A stretch of DNA of 64,000 nucleotides from Chiloscyllium plagiosum (taxonomy: Eukaryota). The notes under the pieces were generated by a model. That model saw only the letters and a program-made list of their open reading frames with translations. It did no database searches and was not told the origin of the DNA. Shown here in pieces: positions 27,555-40,835 of the stretch. Made by a program: the position numbers and the translations under genes. Location: contig NC_057720.1 of NCBI RefSeq assembly GCF_004010195.1, positions 48,338,880-48,402,879 on the forward strand, in the 5' to 3' direction. The number at the start of each line of letters is the position of its first letter. The stretch's first letter is position 1.

Positions 27555-29639
27555 TATTTACACTACTGCGAACTGTCTATTAGTGTGAATCACCATCTGG
27601 AAAACAGACAGGCTCATGGGACATATGGTTTGGGATCAATGCAAACAACAAAAAGGAAATATATCATAGTCTTTATGAAAAATTCGAAAAACTGGCGTTT
27701 TGTTTAACTTATTTATCATCAGCTGTTTATCTTAAAGTTGTTGATTTTGCAAAAAAAGTCATTGCAACAAACAAATTGAATTTTTTAGGTCAAATGAAGC
27801 AGAGCGTTCTAGCAATCAAGTAGAACTTGGACTGGAAGATATAATTGATGAAAAAGAAATTGTCTGGTAGCAGAGCAATTGGTCATTTAAGTCAAGCTCA
27901 TGGTTAAGTATACAGGCTAATACAGTCACATGATTTGCAATGGTGACACTGAATAAAGAACAATCTCTATGAGTTTGACGTAAAGAGCTAACAATTTTTG
28001 GCTATTTAAGTCTTTATGTATTAACAGTGGCTTTCTAGGAATAAAAACCAAGGAAAATCAGAAATAAAATATTTTGAAGTTGGATTGGCTCGAGTTCAAC
28101 TATGAGGCCTGTTGTCACATGATGGGCCTATTTCTGTGCTGTATTAACTCTGGCTATTTCTAGAAATTTAACTTATTTTTCAAATTTCTTGTAAATACTT
28201 TTGTTGAACTTTTTAAAAAGAGATTTGTTACAATTTTTTAATTACAATCAACACAGTTTTCTATGTATGTGTCCATACAGCAAAAGTACTTCATTGGTTA
28301 TTAAGTATTTCGGGATAGCCTAAGGTTATGCATCTGTTGTTGCTTCCCCACAGTTTCTTGACAAAGGGATTGCTGGTCTACCAAAAATACCACCATTTGA
28401 AAAGATAGTATGTTTGATTGGTCCTATTATAAATCCAAATTACCATCGCATCAATCATAGGTTCAGACAATGAAGAATGAGGGATGTTATATGAGTATAT
28501 TCAAAACCTTGTATTCAGTTATAAGGTATAAGTTATCTTAGTTGGTATTAAATTGAGGATGTACCTTTGGAACTAAAATACTATATTTAAATCCTCATTG
28601 TAGTCCCATTATGGATTCTGCAAAATGTGCTAAATGACTCCCCAGGAATGGATGATGTTTAGAAATACAATTTGTATCAGGCTTGTTTGTTTGCAGTTTG
28701 AAAGGATAAAGTGACACCACTTCAGTTTCTAATACCAGCAACATCATTAATTTATATTAGTACAACAAAAAGGTAGCATTTAATGATGATAAATATTCGC
28801 ACAAGGATAATATATCTCCTGGATAAATATTTTGGGTGCAAATAATGAGCATATGTCCCCTGTTTCTTTCAGTTTATCATACAATCCCCAAAATGCTGAT
28901 GCCCAAATTTGTTTTGCTATGAATAATAGAAATTACTGCCTCATGTTGGTGTTCTTTTCTTTAACCTGATATGCTATTTACAAAGTTAACAGTGATAGCT
29001 CACTAACTGAACCAAATTCAAATCTGAATTCAAATACAGCAAAACCTTTTCAATATTATATGAAATTTCAGAACTGAAATGTTGGTACTTTTCATGCAGT
29101 TTGATTTCCTCTCTGCTATTGATTCAAAACCTGTTGTATATGCACTTTTGTACTAACTTATTATTATTCCTGCATTACTTTCCAATTCCTTACATATCCT
29201 GCCATTATTCACAATTCATCTTTCATTTCTTACTTTAATGCTAGCAGGTCCTGTGTTCCACCTTTCAAGCCTTTAATCCCTTCTCTCTTACCACATCCAT
29301 TGCATTTGATAGGAGTGTATCATGAAAGCTTCAATGGACATTTAGTACAGCTCATGGAGTCTACAAACATTCAACAGTCATAAACACTGCCATGTCTGGG
29401 CGTGTGTTGAATAATTTGTTTATAAACTTCAGCATGCTTCCCTTTGTGCATCATGCTGCAAGTGGCCACAGTAAATTGGAGACTGAGCTTTACATTATCT
29501 TACCAAATGCTGTGGTATAGTAATGACATAATGAGCATATCTCTGAAAGGCAGATGGCATACTAGCGGTGAGACATGACACAACAATGGCCATTAAATAC
29601 TGGGGTGACCAAAGCTATTGATGTTTGTATCCCATCACA

Positions 29640-29975
29640 AACTCTCATTCCTTCACCACCAATTCCACTCCCTTCCCAGGCCATAGTTTCAGGCTATGTG
29701 AAACCTTGGTATCATATTTGACCCTGAATTGAGTTATAAACTTGACAAAGGTCACTGACATCCACCTCTATAATGTTTTTTGTCTCTGCCCCGCTTATCC
29801 GCTGCTGAAAATCTCATCTACTTTTGGTAACATACAGACTTTTATTTTCCTGGCCTTCCTCCAATCTTCCATAAACTTGAGCTAATCCAAAAGTCTGATG
29901 ACCATATCTTAATCTATATCAAGTCCTCTTCATCTTAGTTGGTATTATCAATGTGCACACTTCTGATTTCTGACC
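29640..29975 (+). mobile_element. Degraded LINE (L2-like) RT 3' fragment
   Basis: aaccttggtatcatatttgaccctgaa (NLGIIFDPE) and aaacttgagctaatccaa (KLELIQ) motifs. Confidence 0.45.
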
Positions 29976-29986
29976 TATGGTAGCAT

Positions 29987-30305
29987 TAGATTAGATTAGA
30001 TTCCCCACAGTGTGGGAGCAGGCCCACCGGCCCAATAAGTTCACACCAACCCTCCGAAGAGTAACCCACCCAGACCCACTCCCCTACATTCACCCCTAAC
30101 TAATGCACCTAACACGACGGGCAATTTAGCATGGCAAATTCACCTAACCTACACATCTTTGGAATGTGGGAGGAAATCAGAGCACCAGGAGGAAACCCAC
30201 ACAGACACGGGGAGAATGTACAAACTCCACAGACAGTTGTCTGAGGCAGGAATTGAACTGGCGCTGTGAGGCAGCAGTGCTAACCACTGGGCCACCGTGC
30301 CGCCC
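29987..30305 (-). mobile_element. HE1-like tRNA-derived V-SINE
   Basis: Minus-strand head GGGCGGCACGGTGGCCCAGTGGTTAGCACTGCTGCCTCACAGCGCC, a V-domain-like core (tggagtttgtacattctccccgtgtctgtgtgggtttcctcc) and a CR1-like tail ending in (TCTAA)n. Confidence 0.88.
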
Positions 30306-31394
30306 TAGGTCTAACTAAACTTTTATTCACATTGGTTATATGTTTTCTGTGTATTCACTCTAGCTATCATTTCCATTATCATTCATATGTGATATTTCAT
30401 GATGTTTTGAAGACTACTCACAATGTCTTATAATAGAAACCATGTTGTTTCCTCTTTCTCATTTCTATTGCAGGTGTTAACATTATACTATTTTAATCTT
30501 TGCAGGGTAAATCTTAGCTCTCACAGTGAAAAATATCACTGACTGGATTCCATTCTCTACTTGTTGTTCCACATTTGGTAGTCTCTCGTTTCTATCAGTG
30601 TGCAGAATTTATTTATGGCATTATTCGCTGGTGGGCTAATATGTTTTTCTTATGTCAATGATGGTCGTTGTACACCCCTTCTCTTCACTTTCGAAAGATA
30701 TGCATACATCTGCATGAGATTTAAAAATAATACATTGAAGTGTGTTATTGTATATTTCAACACCATCTATTAGTTGAAAATCCAAGCTTTCAACAACATG
30801 GAAAGAGAGAAATGGAATTGTATGGAGTGCATGGCCTTTCCACAGTACATTCTGAGAAGCAGGAGATGCAAAACAGCCACAATAGTGACAGCATATAATG
30901 TGTAATTACATGTGCATTCCAGTTATAAATGTTGTCATTGGAATTTATAATGAGAAAAGATAACATGAAACAAGTGCTAATTTAGGATTTTAATTTATTA
31001 AATGTTGATACCCTGTGGCTTCACCCAGTGAATTAGACAATATGACTTCTTCTGTCTGACGGCTGTCTTTGTGTTTTTTTCTTCTTCCATCTCTGGCTCT
31101 GGCTGTATTTTTATTTTATCTCTTGTTCCTTCCTTCTTTTAGCTCTTCATTTTGTTTCTCTGTCTTTTATTTTGTTTGGGTTGGAAAATAATAAAAGTGG
31201 TGTGAAAGGGAATGATTTGCTGACATGGAATGAAGAAACACAGCCCTAATCCATTCCATCTTCACATTACTGACCTTTATTTTCACTGCATCCTCACATT
31301 CTTACTTTCCATTGCCACTCCACGTCAGTCAATATCTCTACCTCCTTTATTTAAATGGCTCAATCATGCCCTATATTCTCCATTGCCATTTTCA

Positions 31395-31735
31395 CAGAAT
31401 CCCTACAGTGTGGAAACATGTCAATCAGCCCAAGTCCACACTCACCTGCTGAACAGCATCCCACCCAGAGCCATCTCCTTGCCCTTTCCCTGTAATCCTA
31501 CATTTCCCATGGCTAACATACCAAACTTATACATCCCTGAACACAATGGACAATTTAGCATGGTCAATCCACTTAACCTGCACATCTTTGGATTGTAGGA
31601 GGAAATCAGAGCACCGGACAGAATCCCATGATAATATGGGGAGAACATGCAAACTCCACACAGACAGTTGCCGAAGGGTGCAATCAAACCTGGGTCCCTG
31701 AGGGAGCAGTGCTAACCACTGAAACACCGTGTCGC
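31395..31735 (-). mobile_element. HE1-like V-SINE, second and more diverged copy
   Basis: Collinear similarity to 29987-30305 (caatttagcatgg, acatctttgga, aaactccacacagacagttg, gcagtgctaaccactg). Confidence 0.85.
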
Positions 31736-32054
31736 TCTGGCATTGTTTTTGTCCTTCAGTATGGCTTCCCCCAGCCACTTATGTGAGTCCTATTCATTCT
31801 CCCCAAGGTCAGTTGCTAAGATTCTAATGGTGTCCTCTATATCAGCCAGTTTCTCTCTACAGTCCATCTTCCCATACTATCCTTCTTCCCTCTCTGTTTA
31901 CCTCATAGGCTTTGTTTCATTACAACATTCAACTATTTTTTAAAGAAATTAAATCTGAATGAATGAAGAAGAGTCCCATCTTCCAGCCATATATTTGACT
32001 AATAGCCTTCTCCCTCTGTCCCTTTGTCTTATAGCTGTCACATTAGCTATACAC

Positions 32055-32985
32055 TAATAATCTAAATGAAAGAACTGGAGCACTTCTGGCTAAGTTTGCA
32101 GATGATACAAAGATAAGTGGAGGGACAGGTAGTATTGGAGGAGGTGGGGAAGCTGCAGAAGGATTTAGATAGGATAGGTGACTGGGCAAAGAATGACAGA
32201 TGGAATGCAATGTGGGCAAGTGTGAGGTCATGCACTTTGGTCTTAAAATAGAGGCATGGACTATTTTCTCAATGGGGAGAAAATTCAGAAATCTGAACTG
32301 CAAGGGACTTGGTAGTCTTAATCCAGGTTTCTATTAAAGAAAACTTGCAGGCTGAGTCAGTAGTTCAGAAGGCAAATACAATGTTATCATTCATCTCAAG
32401 AGGAGAAGAATTAAAAGCAGGGATATACTTCTAAGGCACTATAAAGCTCTGGTCAGACGACATTTAGAGTATTGTGAGAAATTTTGGACCCTGTACCTCA
32501 GGAAGGACTTACTGGCCCTGGAGCAGTCCACAGGAGATTCATGAGAATGATCACAGGAATGAAAAGCTTAACATATGAGGAACATTTAAGGACTCTGGGA
32601 CTATACTCATTGGTATTTCAAAGGATGGGGGTGGGGATGGGGGTGGGATTTAATTGCAACTTACAGAATACTGAATGGCTTGGACAGAGTGGGCATTGAG
32701 AAGATATTTCCATTAGCAAGAGAGACCCTTTAAAATGGAGATGAGGAGAAACTTCTTCAACCATAGAGTGGTGAATCTGTAGAATTCATTGCTATGGAAG
32801 GCTGTGGAGACTAAGTCATTGAGTATATTTATAACAGTGGTAGATAGGTTTTGGTTGTCAAGGGAATAAAAGGTTATGGGCAGAAAGCAGGAGAGTGGGG
32901 TTGAAAGAACTGATAAGTCATGATTGAATGCTGGAGCAAACTTGATAGGTCAAATGGCCTAATTTCTGCTCCAATGTCTATAGTT
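32055..32985 (+). mobile_element. 5'-truncated CR1 LINE (RT C-terminus and 3' UTR)
   Basis: KFADDTK motif (aagtttgcagatgatacaaag), KCEVMHFG, LVRRHLEY; contains stops and frameshifts. Confidence 0.9.
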
Positions 32986-35329
32986 TCGTAATCTATCAAA
33001 CATTAGAAACACCACTTCAAAAGTACTGTTGCATTGACATTTTGCTAACTGTCAACAAAAATAGTTCAGTTAAGATAATTTGGAACATTCAATTGCAGAC
33101 TTCAGTAAATTGAAGTAACATAATGAAAAGAAATATACCCCTCCATTACCCTGCTCAAAGTTTTTCTCAAGATTAAGGGGAGTCCTGCATTTGTGTCATG
33201 CCTTACACAATTTCAAGACATCCCAAAGCATTACACAGACAATACTTCTCAAGTGTCACTGTTGTAATATAGGAATTCAGTAATGTATGTAAAAGAAAAG
33301 TTACAACAGGTTTGCAACCAGATTCATGTCAGTTTCACCACTCTCTTCAGTACACATGCAATATCTCTTTTTTTGCGATAAGAGCTCTCTTGAATTTTAT
33401 CACAGTGAAGACTGAAATTTTTCTGTAGGACCTTTTCAAACAAAGAAAAAATATTCTTCAGTATGGCTTATTGAATAGCACTCCAGGGAAATTATGTATG
33501 CTGCATGTGCTCAGACTGCACAATCCAAATTCAGCTCACAGAATCAAGCCATAGGCAACAATAACAATTGATAAGTATTAGGTTTTTAGACAGGCTAAGA
33601 CTTTCAAGTGGAAACTTTCATAAGGAATTAAAGGACACAAATGACAATTCAATAGATTAATTTTATTTTGTGAAATATGCTGTTTTTTGATATTTTATTT
33701 TGCTTAAATTCTTATTTGGAAATTAGATTTTTTTTATTAACAAGAAGAAAAAAGACAATGTCAAGTTAGATTTTCATAAGGTATGTTGAGAGAATTCTAC
33801 GACTCCAGTAACTAAACTGAGCTCAGACTGAAGTGTGCACATTGATAATTTCTATTATAAATGTAAATATAGGCATATATTGGGAAAATAATGTGAACAG
33901 TAAAAAAGAAAGCAAGTGTCTATAGACCCAAGAGTTTTAATATATTGATTCAAATCTCAATGGCTGTATGAACAGGGAATTAAGACAAAGAGTAATATTC
34001 CATGAAAGCCAAGTTATAGACCAAGAATAACTGGGACCAGGAAGGATGATGTAATTTGGTTTTCATTTTGAAGTAATATATTCTTTTTTAATCTTAGTGA
34101 TTCCATTGTGAATTTCTGCATCTGCATTTATATTTGAAATACATATTTTAAGGTAAAACCTTGCTGCTCTCTAGCAATCATTACCTGGAGACAACAGAGA
34201 TATATAAAAACATTCAGTTAGGAAAACAAAGACATCTCCAAAATTATTTCTCCAAAACCTTCAAAGACAATAAATCCTTATCATTGCTAACTTAGTTTCT
34301 ACAGGATAAGAAGATATATATTTTTGACGCACTGGGTGGAATTTATGCCTCTCCCTCTTGGGAAGGGCATTAAACAGGGTGGCATGGTGGCAGCATTGTG
34401 CCAATAGTCTACCTGCTATCACTTGAAATTCACCATGGATGGGGGAGATGTGGATGACCTGTCTGCCCTTGAATCAATTGAAACACTTAAGTGGCCAATT
34501 ATTAATTGTCACAGTAGCAGGGGGAATGAGAAGCAGGCCACGTGGCGAAGCCTCAAGTTGAATCAAATGGCTTTCTTACTAGTCCTCCCATTTCCAGCTC
34601 TCCATCCCTTATCTGTCAGACTGGTCTGGGTGTATATGTCCAATGATAGACTTCAATGGCGACAAAGCACAGTCCTGCAGCTACGATCATGCAGTTGTTG
34701 GCCATTTGATTATACAACAGCCCTTGGTGACAGGACGCCCACTTTGACAGGGATAGAAGTCTTGCTCTGAATTAATTAATGACCTGACAGCAATAAAGTT
34801 GGCCATATGAGGATGGGTTGACTATGACATTTTAGCTGGGGAGGGCTACTGCTTCCACGTAAAGTTTAATCCAGAGACACAATATGAATCAAATAGCTTT
34901 TTGGTTCCTGATTAAAGTCAACAGAATTAACTGAAGCCACTTTACTTATATAAATGATCTTAAGTTAAATGTTAAATTGAGAAGAAAACTCTGTTTTGGC
35001 TTCACAACTGAAAACATATTTCTTCAAACACTAACATTCATGCCCTTTTGGCAATAAACCTTATTTGATTAATATTTAAAATAGAATCTTGATATATTGA
35101 AAACATAAGACAGGAATTAAAAATTATCAGCCCCACTGATAGTTTATGTACAAAGAGAAGGATCAGATCAATATATTGTGTGCATTTCTAAAACTTAGAA
35201 TGAGAATTTATTCTCAAGTAGTGCTGGCAATGTCTAGTTCTATTGATTTCAGTTTTGATATATAGGTCTTGTAAAACTCAGCTTTAGTGTACTTTTCAAA
35301 ATCTACCACAGGCCTAGGTAAGTTAATTC

Positions 35330-35810
35330 TTCATATCATGCAGCAACGATCCATCTGACCAACCTGTCCATATATTCCTGTAACCTAAGACCTTCTACCA
35401 CTCTATTAACAATCCTGCCAATTTTCAAGTCATCTGCAAACTTATTTACCATACTCCCACATCATCTATATAAACAATAAGGGACCCAGCCCTGATCCCT
35501 GTGGTATGTCACTGGACACTGGCCTCCAGTCACACAAGGAGAAAGTGAGGTCTGCAGATGCTGGAGATCAGAGCTGGAAATGTGTTGCTGGAAAAGCGCA
35601 GCAGGTCAGGCAGCATCCAGGGAACAGGAGAATCGACGTTTCGGGCATAAGCCCGAAGAAGGGCTTATGCCCGAAACGTCGATTCTCCTGTTCCCTGGAT
35701 GCTGCCTGACCTGCTGCGCTTTTCCAGCAACACATTTCCAGCTCCAGTCACACAAACAGACTTCTACCATTATGCACTGTCTCCTACCATAAAGCAAGTT
35801 TTAGATCTGC
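35330..35810 (-). mobile_element. CR1 RT fragment interrupted by a Penelope hairpin
   Basis: Reverse-complement FADD (tcatctgcaaac) and PQGSGLGP motifs. The fragment resumes after the 14-bp TSD. Confidence 0.75.
35538..35744. mobile_element. Palindromic Penelope-derived mini-element with hammerhead motif
   Basis: Perfect 84-bp inverted repeat (35571-35654 and 35661-35744) with a 6-nt loop GAAGAA and a 33-bp unpaired tail (35538-35570). TSD ctccagtcacacaa at 35524-35537 and 35742-35755. Confidence 0.9.
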
Positions 35811-35829
35811 CAAACAAATAGAGCTAAAG

Positions 35830-37345
35830 TAGGTAAACCAATAGAATTAAAGTCTCTTTATTTGCATGTTTGTAAGAAAATGGATGAGCTATTAGTGCAG
35901 ATACAAATAAATGTGTATGGCCTGTTAGCTGTTACAAAGCCATGGTTGCAAGACAACCAAGGTTGATAACGGAATATTGAAGGTTATTTGACATTTTAGA
36001 CTGTTGGGAAGCCAGGAAAAGATAGTGGCATAGCTTTGTAATTTAGGGATACATTAGTACAGTCGTGAGAAATAACCTTAGCTTAGATAAAGATACAAAA
36101 TTGGAACAATGAGGTACTTGCAAGAGTATTTTTTATGCCCATAATGGTGTAAAAAAGGTACTGGACTAATCATTGATGATATTTATTGTCCTACGGTGAA
36201 TCATATTGGCAAAGGTAGCCTGGAAAGTGAGTTCATGAAGTTCAGTCAGTGGAATTTCTTAGAAAAGTAAAAGTTAGCATCAATACAGGGCACAAGTTGT
36301 TCAAAAGCTCACATTGTGAAAAGAGAGGTGTTAATCAATAACCTCATAGTGAAAGAAGCTATCGGTGATAGTAATCATAATATTCTGGAATTTTATGTTC
36401 AATTTGATTGTGTGTGAAGGCAGAGTTGACCAAAATGAACTGGGAATCTAAAGGTAAGTTAAATGGTAAGACAGTAGTGATACAGTGGCAGCTATTAGAG
36501 GATTTATTTAATATCTCTCAGCAAAGTGTTTACTTTCTCGTTAAGATAAACTCTTTGAAAAGGGTGCATCATCTGTGCTTAAATGAGAAGATGAGAATAA
36601 TATCAAATTAAGAGAAACACTGCACAATTCTGTGATGGTTAGTGGAAATTCAGAAGACTGGATGGATTTTCAGAGCCAGCTAAAACCGACCAAAGAGTAA
36701 TAAAAAATATAATTTAGAGCATTTAAGAAAGTTAACTTTAAGTATGAAAACATCTGGCTTAAGAAAATTGCTAGCCCCCATTATTAAGGAAGATGTAGTG
36801 GGATACTTCATAAATTGTAACGTAATCAGGCAGAGTCAGCATAGTTTTAAGAAAGGGAAATTGTACTTAACTAAATAATTCAAATACTTTGACTAAGTGA
36901 CAAGCAAGTTGGATAAAGGCAATTCAGTAGATGTGGTGTACTTGGATCTTCAAAAGACTTTTGATCAGGCATGACATCAAAGGTTGCCATACAGAATAAG
37001 AGCTTAAGGTGTACGGCCTAACATAATAGAGAAAGCTGAAGGGCAACATGATTGAGATATACAAAGTTGTGAGGGATAGATAAAGTAAATAGGGAAAACC
37101 TTTCTCAATAGAAGAGGAGTAAGTAATCGGGGGCACAGCTTTCGCATAAGTGGCAGGAAGTTTAAAGGGGATTTGAGGAAACATTTTTTCACTCACAGGG
37201 TGGTGGGCATCTGGAACTCACAGCCTAGGGGGATGGTAAAAATATTCAAAATATTTTAAGAAGTATTTAGATGAGCACTTGAAACACCATAGCAAACATG
37301 GCTATGAGCCAAACGCTGGAAAATGGGATTTGAATACATACATGC
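35830..37345 (+). mobile_element. Old degraded CR1 LINE pieces (endonuclease to RT region, then a 3' end)
   Basis: GDSNH-like motif (ggtgatagtaatcat), QHSF.KGK, VDVVYLDLQKTFD; 37000-37345 resembles a CR1 3' end. Confidence 0.7.
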
Positions 37346-37347
37346 TT

Positions 37348-37725
37348 AGGTAAAAACAATGACTGCAGATGCTGGAAACCAGATTCTGGATTAGTGGTGC
37401 TGGAAGAGCACAGCAGTTCAGGCAGCATCCAAGGAGCTTCGAAATCGACGTTTCGGGCAAAAGCCCATCAGGAATAAAGGCAGTGAGCCTGAAGCGTGGA
37501 GAGATAAGCTGGAGGAGGGTGGGGGTGGGGAGAAAGTAGCATAGAGTACAATGGGTGAGTGGGGGAGGGGATGAAGGTGATAGGTCAGGGAGGAGAAGGT
37601 GGAGTGGATAGGTGGAAAAGGAGATAGGCAGGTAGGACAAGTCCGGACAAGTCATGGGGACAATGCTGAGCTGGAAGTTTAGAACTAGGGTGAGGTGGGG
37701 GAAGGGGAAATGAAGAACCTGTTAA
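37348..37725 (-). mobile_element. Penelope-like 3' end with pyrimidine-rich UTR and hammerhead remnant
   Basis: Minus strand reads attcCTGATG-GGCTTTTGCCC-GAAAC-GTCgatttc, with a ccagcatctgcagtc tail shared with the other PLE copies. Confidence 0.8.
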
Positions 37726-37839
37726 TGACTGGGGGAATCACAATGAGCCAAAGAGACTTTGTCCTAAATACTGATTCTCTCTTATAGCATAGAAAAGATC
37801 TGGTTAGCCAGCTGGAAGCAGAGAATATTATTGATTTAG

Positions 37840-38775
37840 TATTTTTCAGTCTGGCAAACTGTAATAAAGTGGAGTGCCACAGGGATATGCTGGGACTTAA
37901 ACGGTTTACAATTTGTGTCCAAAATTTGGATGAAGGCACCAACTGTATGGTAACCAAATTTGCCAATAGATAGAAAATACATTATCAAGAGAAAGTAAAG
38001 AATCTACAAAGAGATAGATATAGGTTAAGTAAGTGGAAAACAGTTTGCATATTGGCATGAAGAATAGGTAAGCAATATTTTATTTAAATGGAGAATGGCA
38101 GTAAGTTCCAGATAATACAGAACTTGTTTGTAAAAGGGGATCTGGGTGTCCTGGTACTTAAATCATAAGATGCTATTACCCTGGCATAGCAAATGATTTG
38201 GAAGGCAAGTGGAATGTTGGCACTTACTGCAATGGAAATGAAATAAAAAAGGGGGAAATTTGACTGCAGTGGTACAGGGCCTTGGTGAGACCAATTCTGG
38301 AATATCGTGTACAGTTTTGCTCTTCAGACTTGAGAAAAAGATATAATTGCATTAGAAGCAGTTATTATGAAGAAAGTTTGAAATGTTTGGGCTTGTGTCT
38401 GGTGGAGTTTAGAAGAATGAGAGGGGATCCGATTGAATTATATAAGAACTTGAGGGGTGTGAACAAAACCAGGAGGGTACTTCCTCTTATGATGCAGACT
38501 GGAACGAGAGGACACAGTTTAAGAATAAAATATCTCCATCATAAGATGGAGACAGGGAGTAATATGTTCAGGGTAGCTGCTAATATGCTCAGAAAGCAGC
38601 ATAGATTGGAATTTATGCTTATTTTTGATTGACATGGTGAGTATTGGGTGATTGGGGACAGATAGGAAAATAGAATTGGACCACAATCAGATCTGTCATG
38701 ATTTATTAAATTGCATTATTAGGCTCTAAGGATTGAATAGCCTACACCCATTCCTAAATCCTAAATTCCTACATT
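37840..38775 (+). mobile_element. Degraded CR1 RT/3' end
   Basis: GVPQG-like motif, LVRPILEYRVQF, RRMRGD (ORF 38282-38632). Confidence 0.8.
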
Positions 38776-39109
38776 TCTAAGTTTGAATTTATTTTTATTA
38801 CATATTAATATGTACAGGGTCTGTTACAAATGGTAACATAATAGAGAGAATATAATTTCCTACATAATTTGATCTATAGTTCAGTATTGTGGAATTGTTG
38901 GGATCTGAAAAATGTGGAGTGTAAATTGAAATTAATAATCAGGTTGGTTGGAGATTATGCATAATTTTATTAGTATTGAACTGCATTGTTATGTGGTTGA
39001 GTTGCCTCCATCATAGTACAACCATGCATTGTCTGAAAGGGACTGTGCTTATTTAACCAGATGGCTTTTCCCATTTTATCTTCATGTTTTTATGTATTCA
39101 TGCACATAA

Positions 39110-40835
39110 GCATAGAATTATTTCAGCACAGAAGGAAGCCATTCAGCCTGTTGAGCTTGTATTGACTCTCTGCAAGAGCAAATAAACTAATCTCACTCTG
39201 CCAGCCATCCCTGGTGTCCTAAATTTATTGATTCACGTAATTATCCAATTCCCTTTCAAGACATAACTGAATTTGCAATCAGCCCTCAAATCCTAACTAT
39301 AGGGTCTCTTTTGGTTCTACCTCTTGTTGTCTTTGGCGTTTTTGTCATTCACCTCAAATCAGTATCTTCTGGTTTTCAAATCATGTGCCAATGGGAATAA
39401 TTTTTCTAGGTGGAATTTTCCCAGGCTATGATTGACTTAGGCAAGTCAGTTGGTAAAAGTAGAATGACAGCATCAGAAATAAGATTATTGATATCGAGAA
39501 AAAAGTCTTCGTCTCCAAACTTCTAAAGAGCGATGTCCATAAGTGAACAAACAGAAGTTGAACCAAAGTTTTATAAAGGTTCTCCATAATTTCTTTGTTT
39601 CTGTACTCTTTACCTCGAGTTATAAAGTGCAGGACCACTCTATTATCAACTATTTTCTCAACCTGCTCTATCATCTTCAATCATTGGTACACATATACCC
39701 CAAGGTTTCTCTACTCTTGTAGACTCTTTAGAATTGTATCCATTATTTTATGTTGCCTCTCCCTAATATTTCCAATCTAATTATGTGTTTTCACACTTTT
39801 CTACAAAAATTCTTCTGCCATGTATCTGCTAATTGCGCAAACCTGTCTATGTGCCTTTTGAATTTGATCATTATCCTCTTCACTGTTCACAATACTTCTG
39901 GGCTTGCCGTAATTTTGCAAACTATGAAATTGTGCCTGCATCCTCAAAAGTAGTTAATTAGTACACATCTAAATATAGAGTGGTCCTTGTACTCACCCTT
40001 GGGAGTCCTCACGATGTATCTTCCTACAACCCAAAAGGCAACCATTCACCATTGTTCTCTCTGTCCTGTCACTCAACCAATTTCAAAACAATGTTCCCAC
40101 TCTCCTTTTCATTCCATGGGCTTTAACATTACAGTCAAACTTGCTATGTGGCACTTTATCAAATATCTTTTGGAAGATCAAGCACAACACAGAACTGCAT
40201 TGTTACCAAACATACTTGGGCATCCAATTGAATAATTCAATTAAGATATTTAAACCTGATTATTGCTGCTAAATCTTTCTCAGCGGCAAGGTTAAACTGA
40301 CAGGGTTTGTAATTGTAGTGCTTATCCTTACACTCTATTTTGAACAAAGATATTAAATTTGTAATTCTCAATTGCTCTGGTACCACCCTGTATCCAAAAG
40401 GATTTGAAGATTATGGCCTTGCCTATGAAATTTCCAGTGTTATTTTTCTCAGAATCTTGGATGCATTTAATTTGGTGCTGGTGACTTACCAACTTTGAAG
40501 GCAATCAGCCTTTCTGATACTATATCTTTGTTAATTTTTAATTCATTCAGTGTCTGAAGTATCTCCTTTTTATCTATGACTTTGGTGACATCTTTTTCTT
40601 TGGTAAGGACTGATATGAAATGTTAATTTAATATCTTATCCATGCCCTCTGCCTCCATGCATAAATGTCCTCCCAGGTTCATAATTAGCCTTACCACTCC
40701 TTTTATAACCCTGTTACAATTGTATGGCTATAACATTTTATGTTCCCTTTAATGTTAACCGCTATTCTCTTGGCATTCATTCTTTGGTTTTTTTAAAATC
40801 ACTTCCTAGTTGAACATTCTATATTTAGCGTGGTT
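39110..40835 (-). mobile_element. Old degraded CR1 LINE
   Basis: Reverse-complement 3' tail at ~39110 and RT-derived peptides (ITRGKEYRNKEIMENLYKTLV). Confidence 0.7.

Noticed and set aside
35571-35744. miRNA precursor or DNA-transposon MITE
   Set aside because: The arms match Penelope terminal repeats elsewhere in the window, and the 14-bp TSD and asymmetric tail fit retrotransposition.
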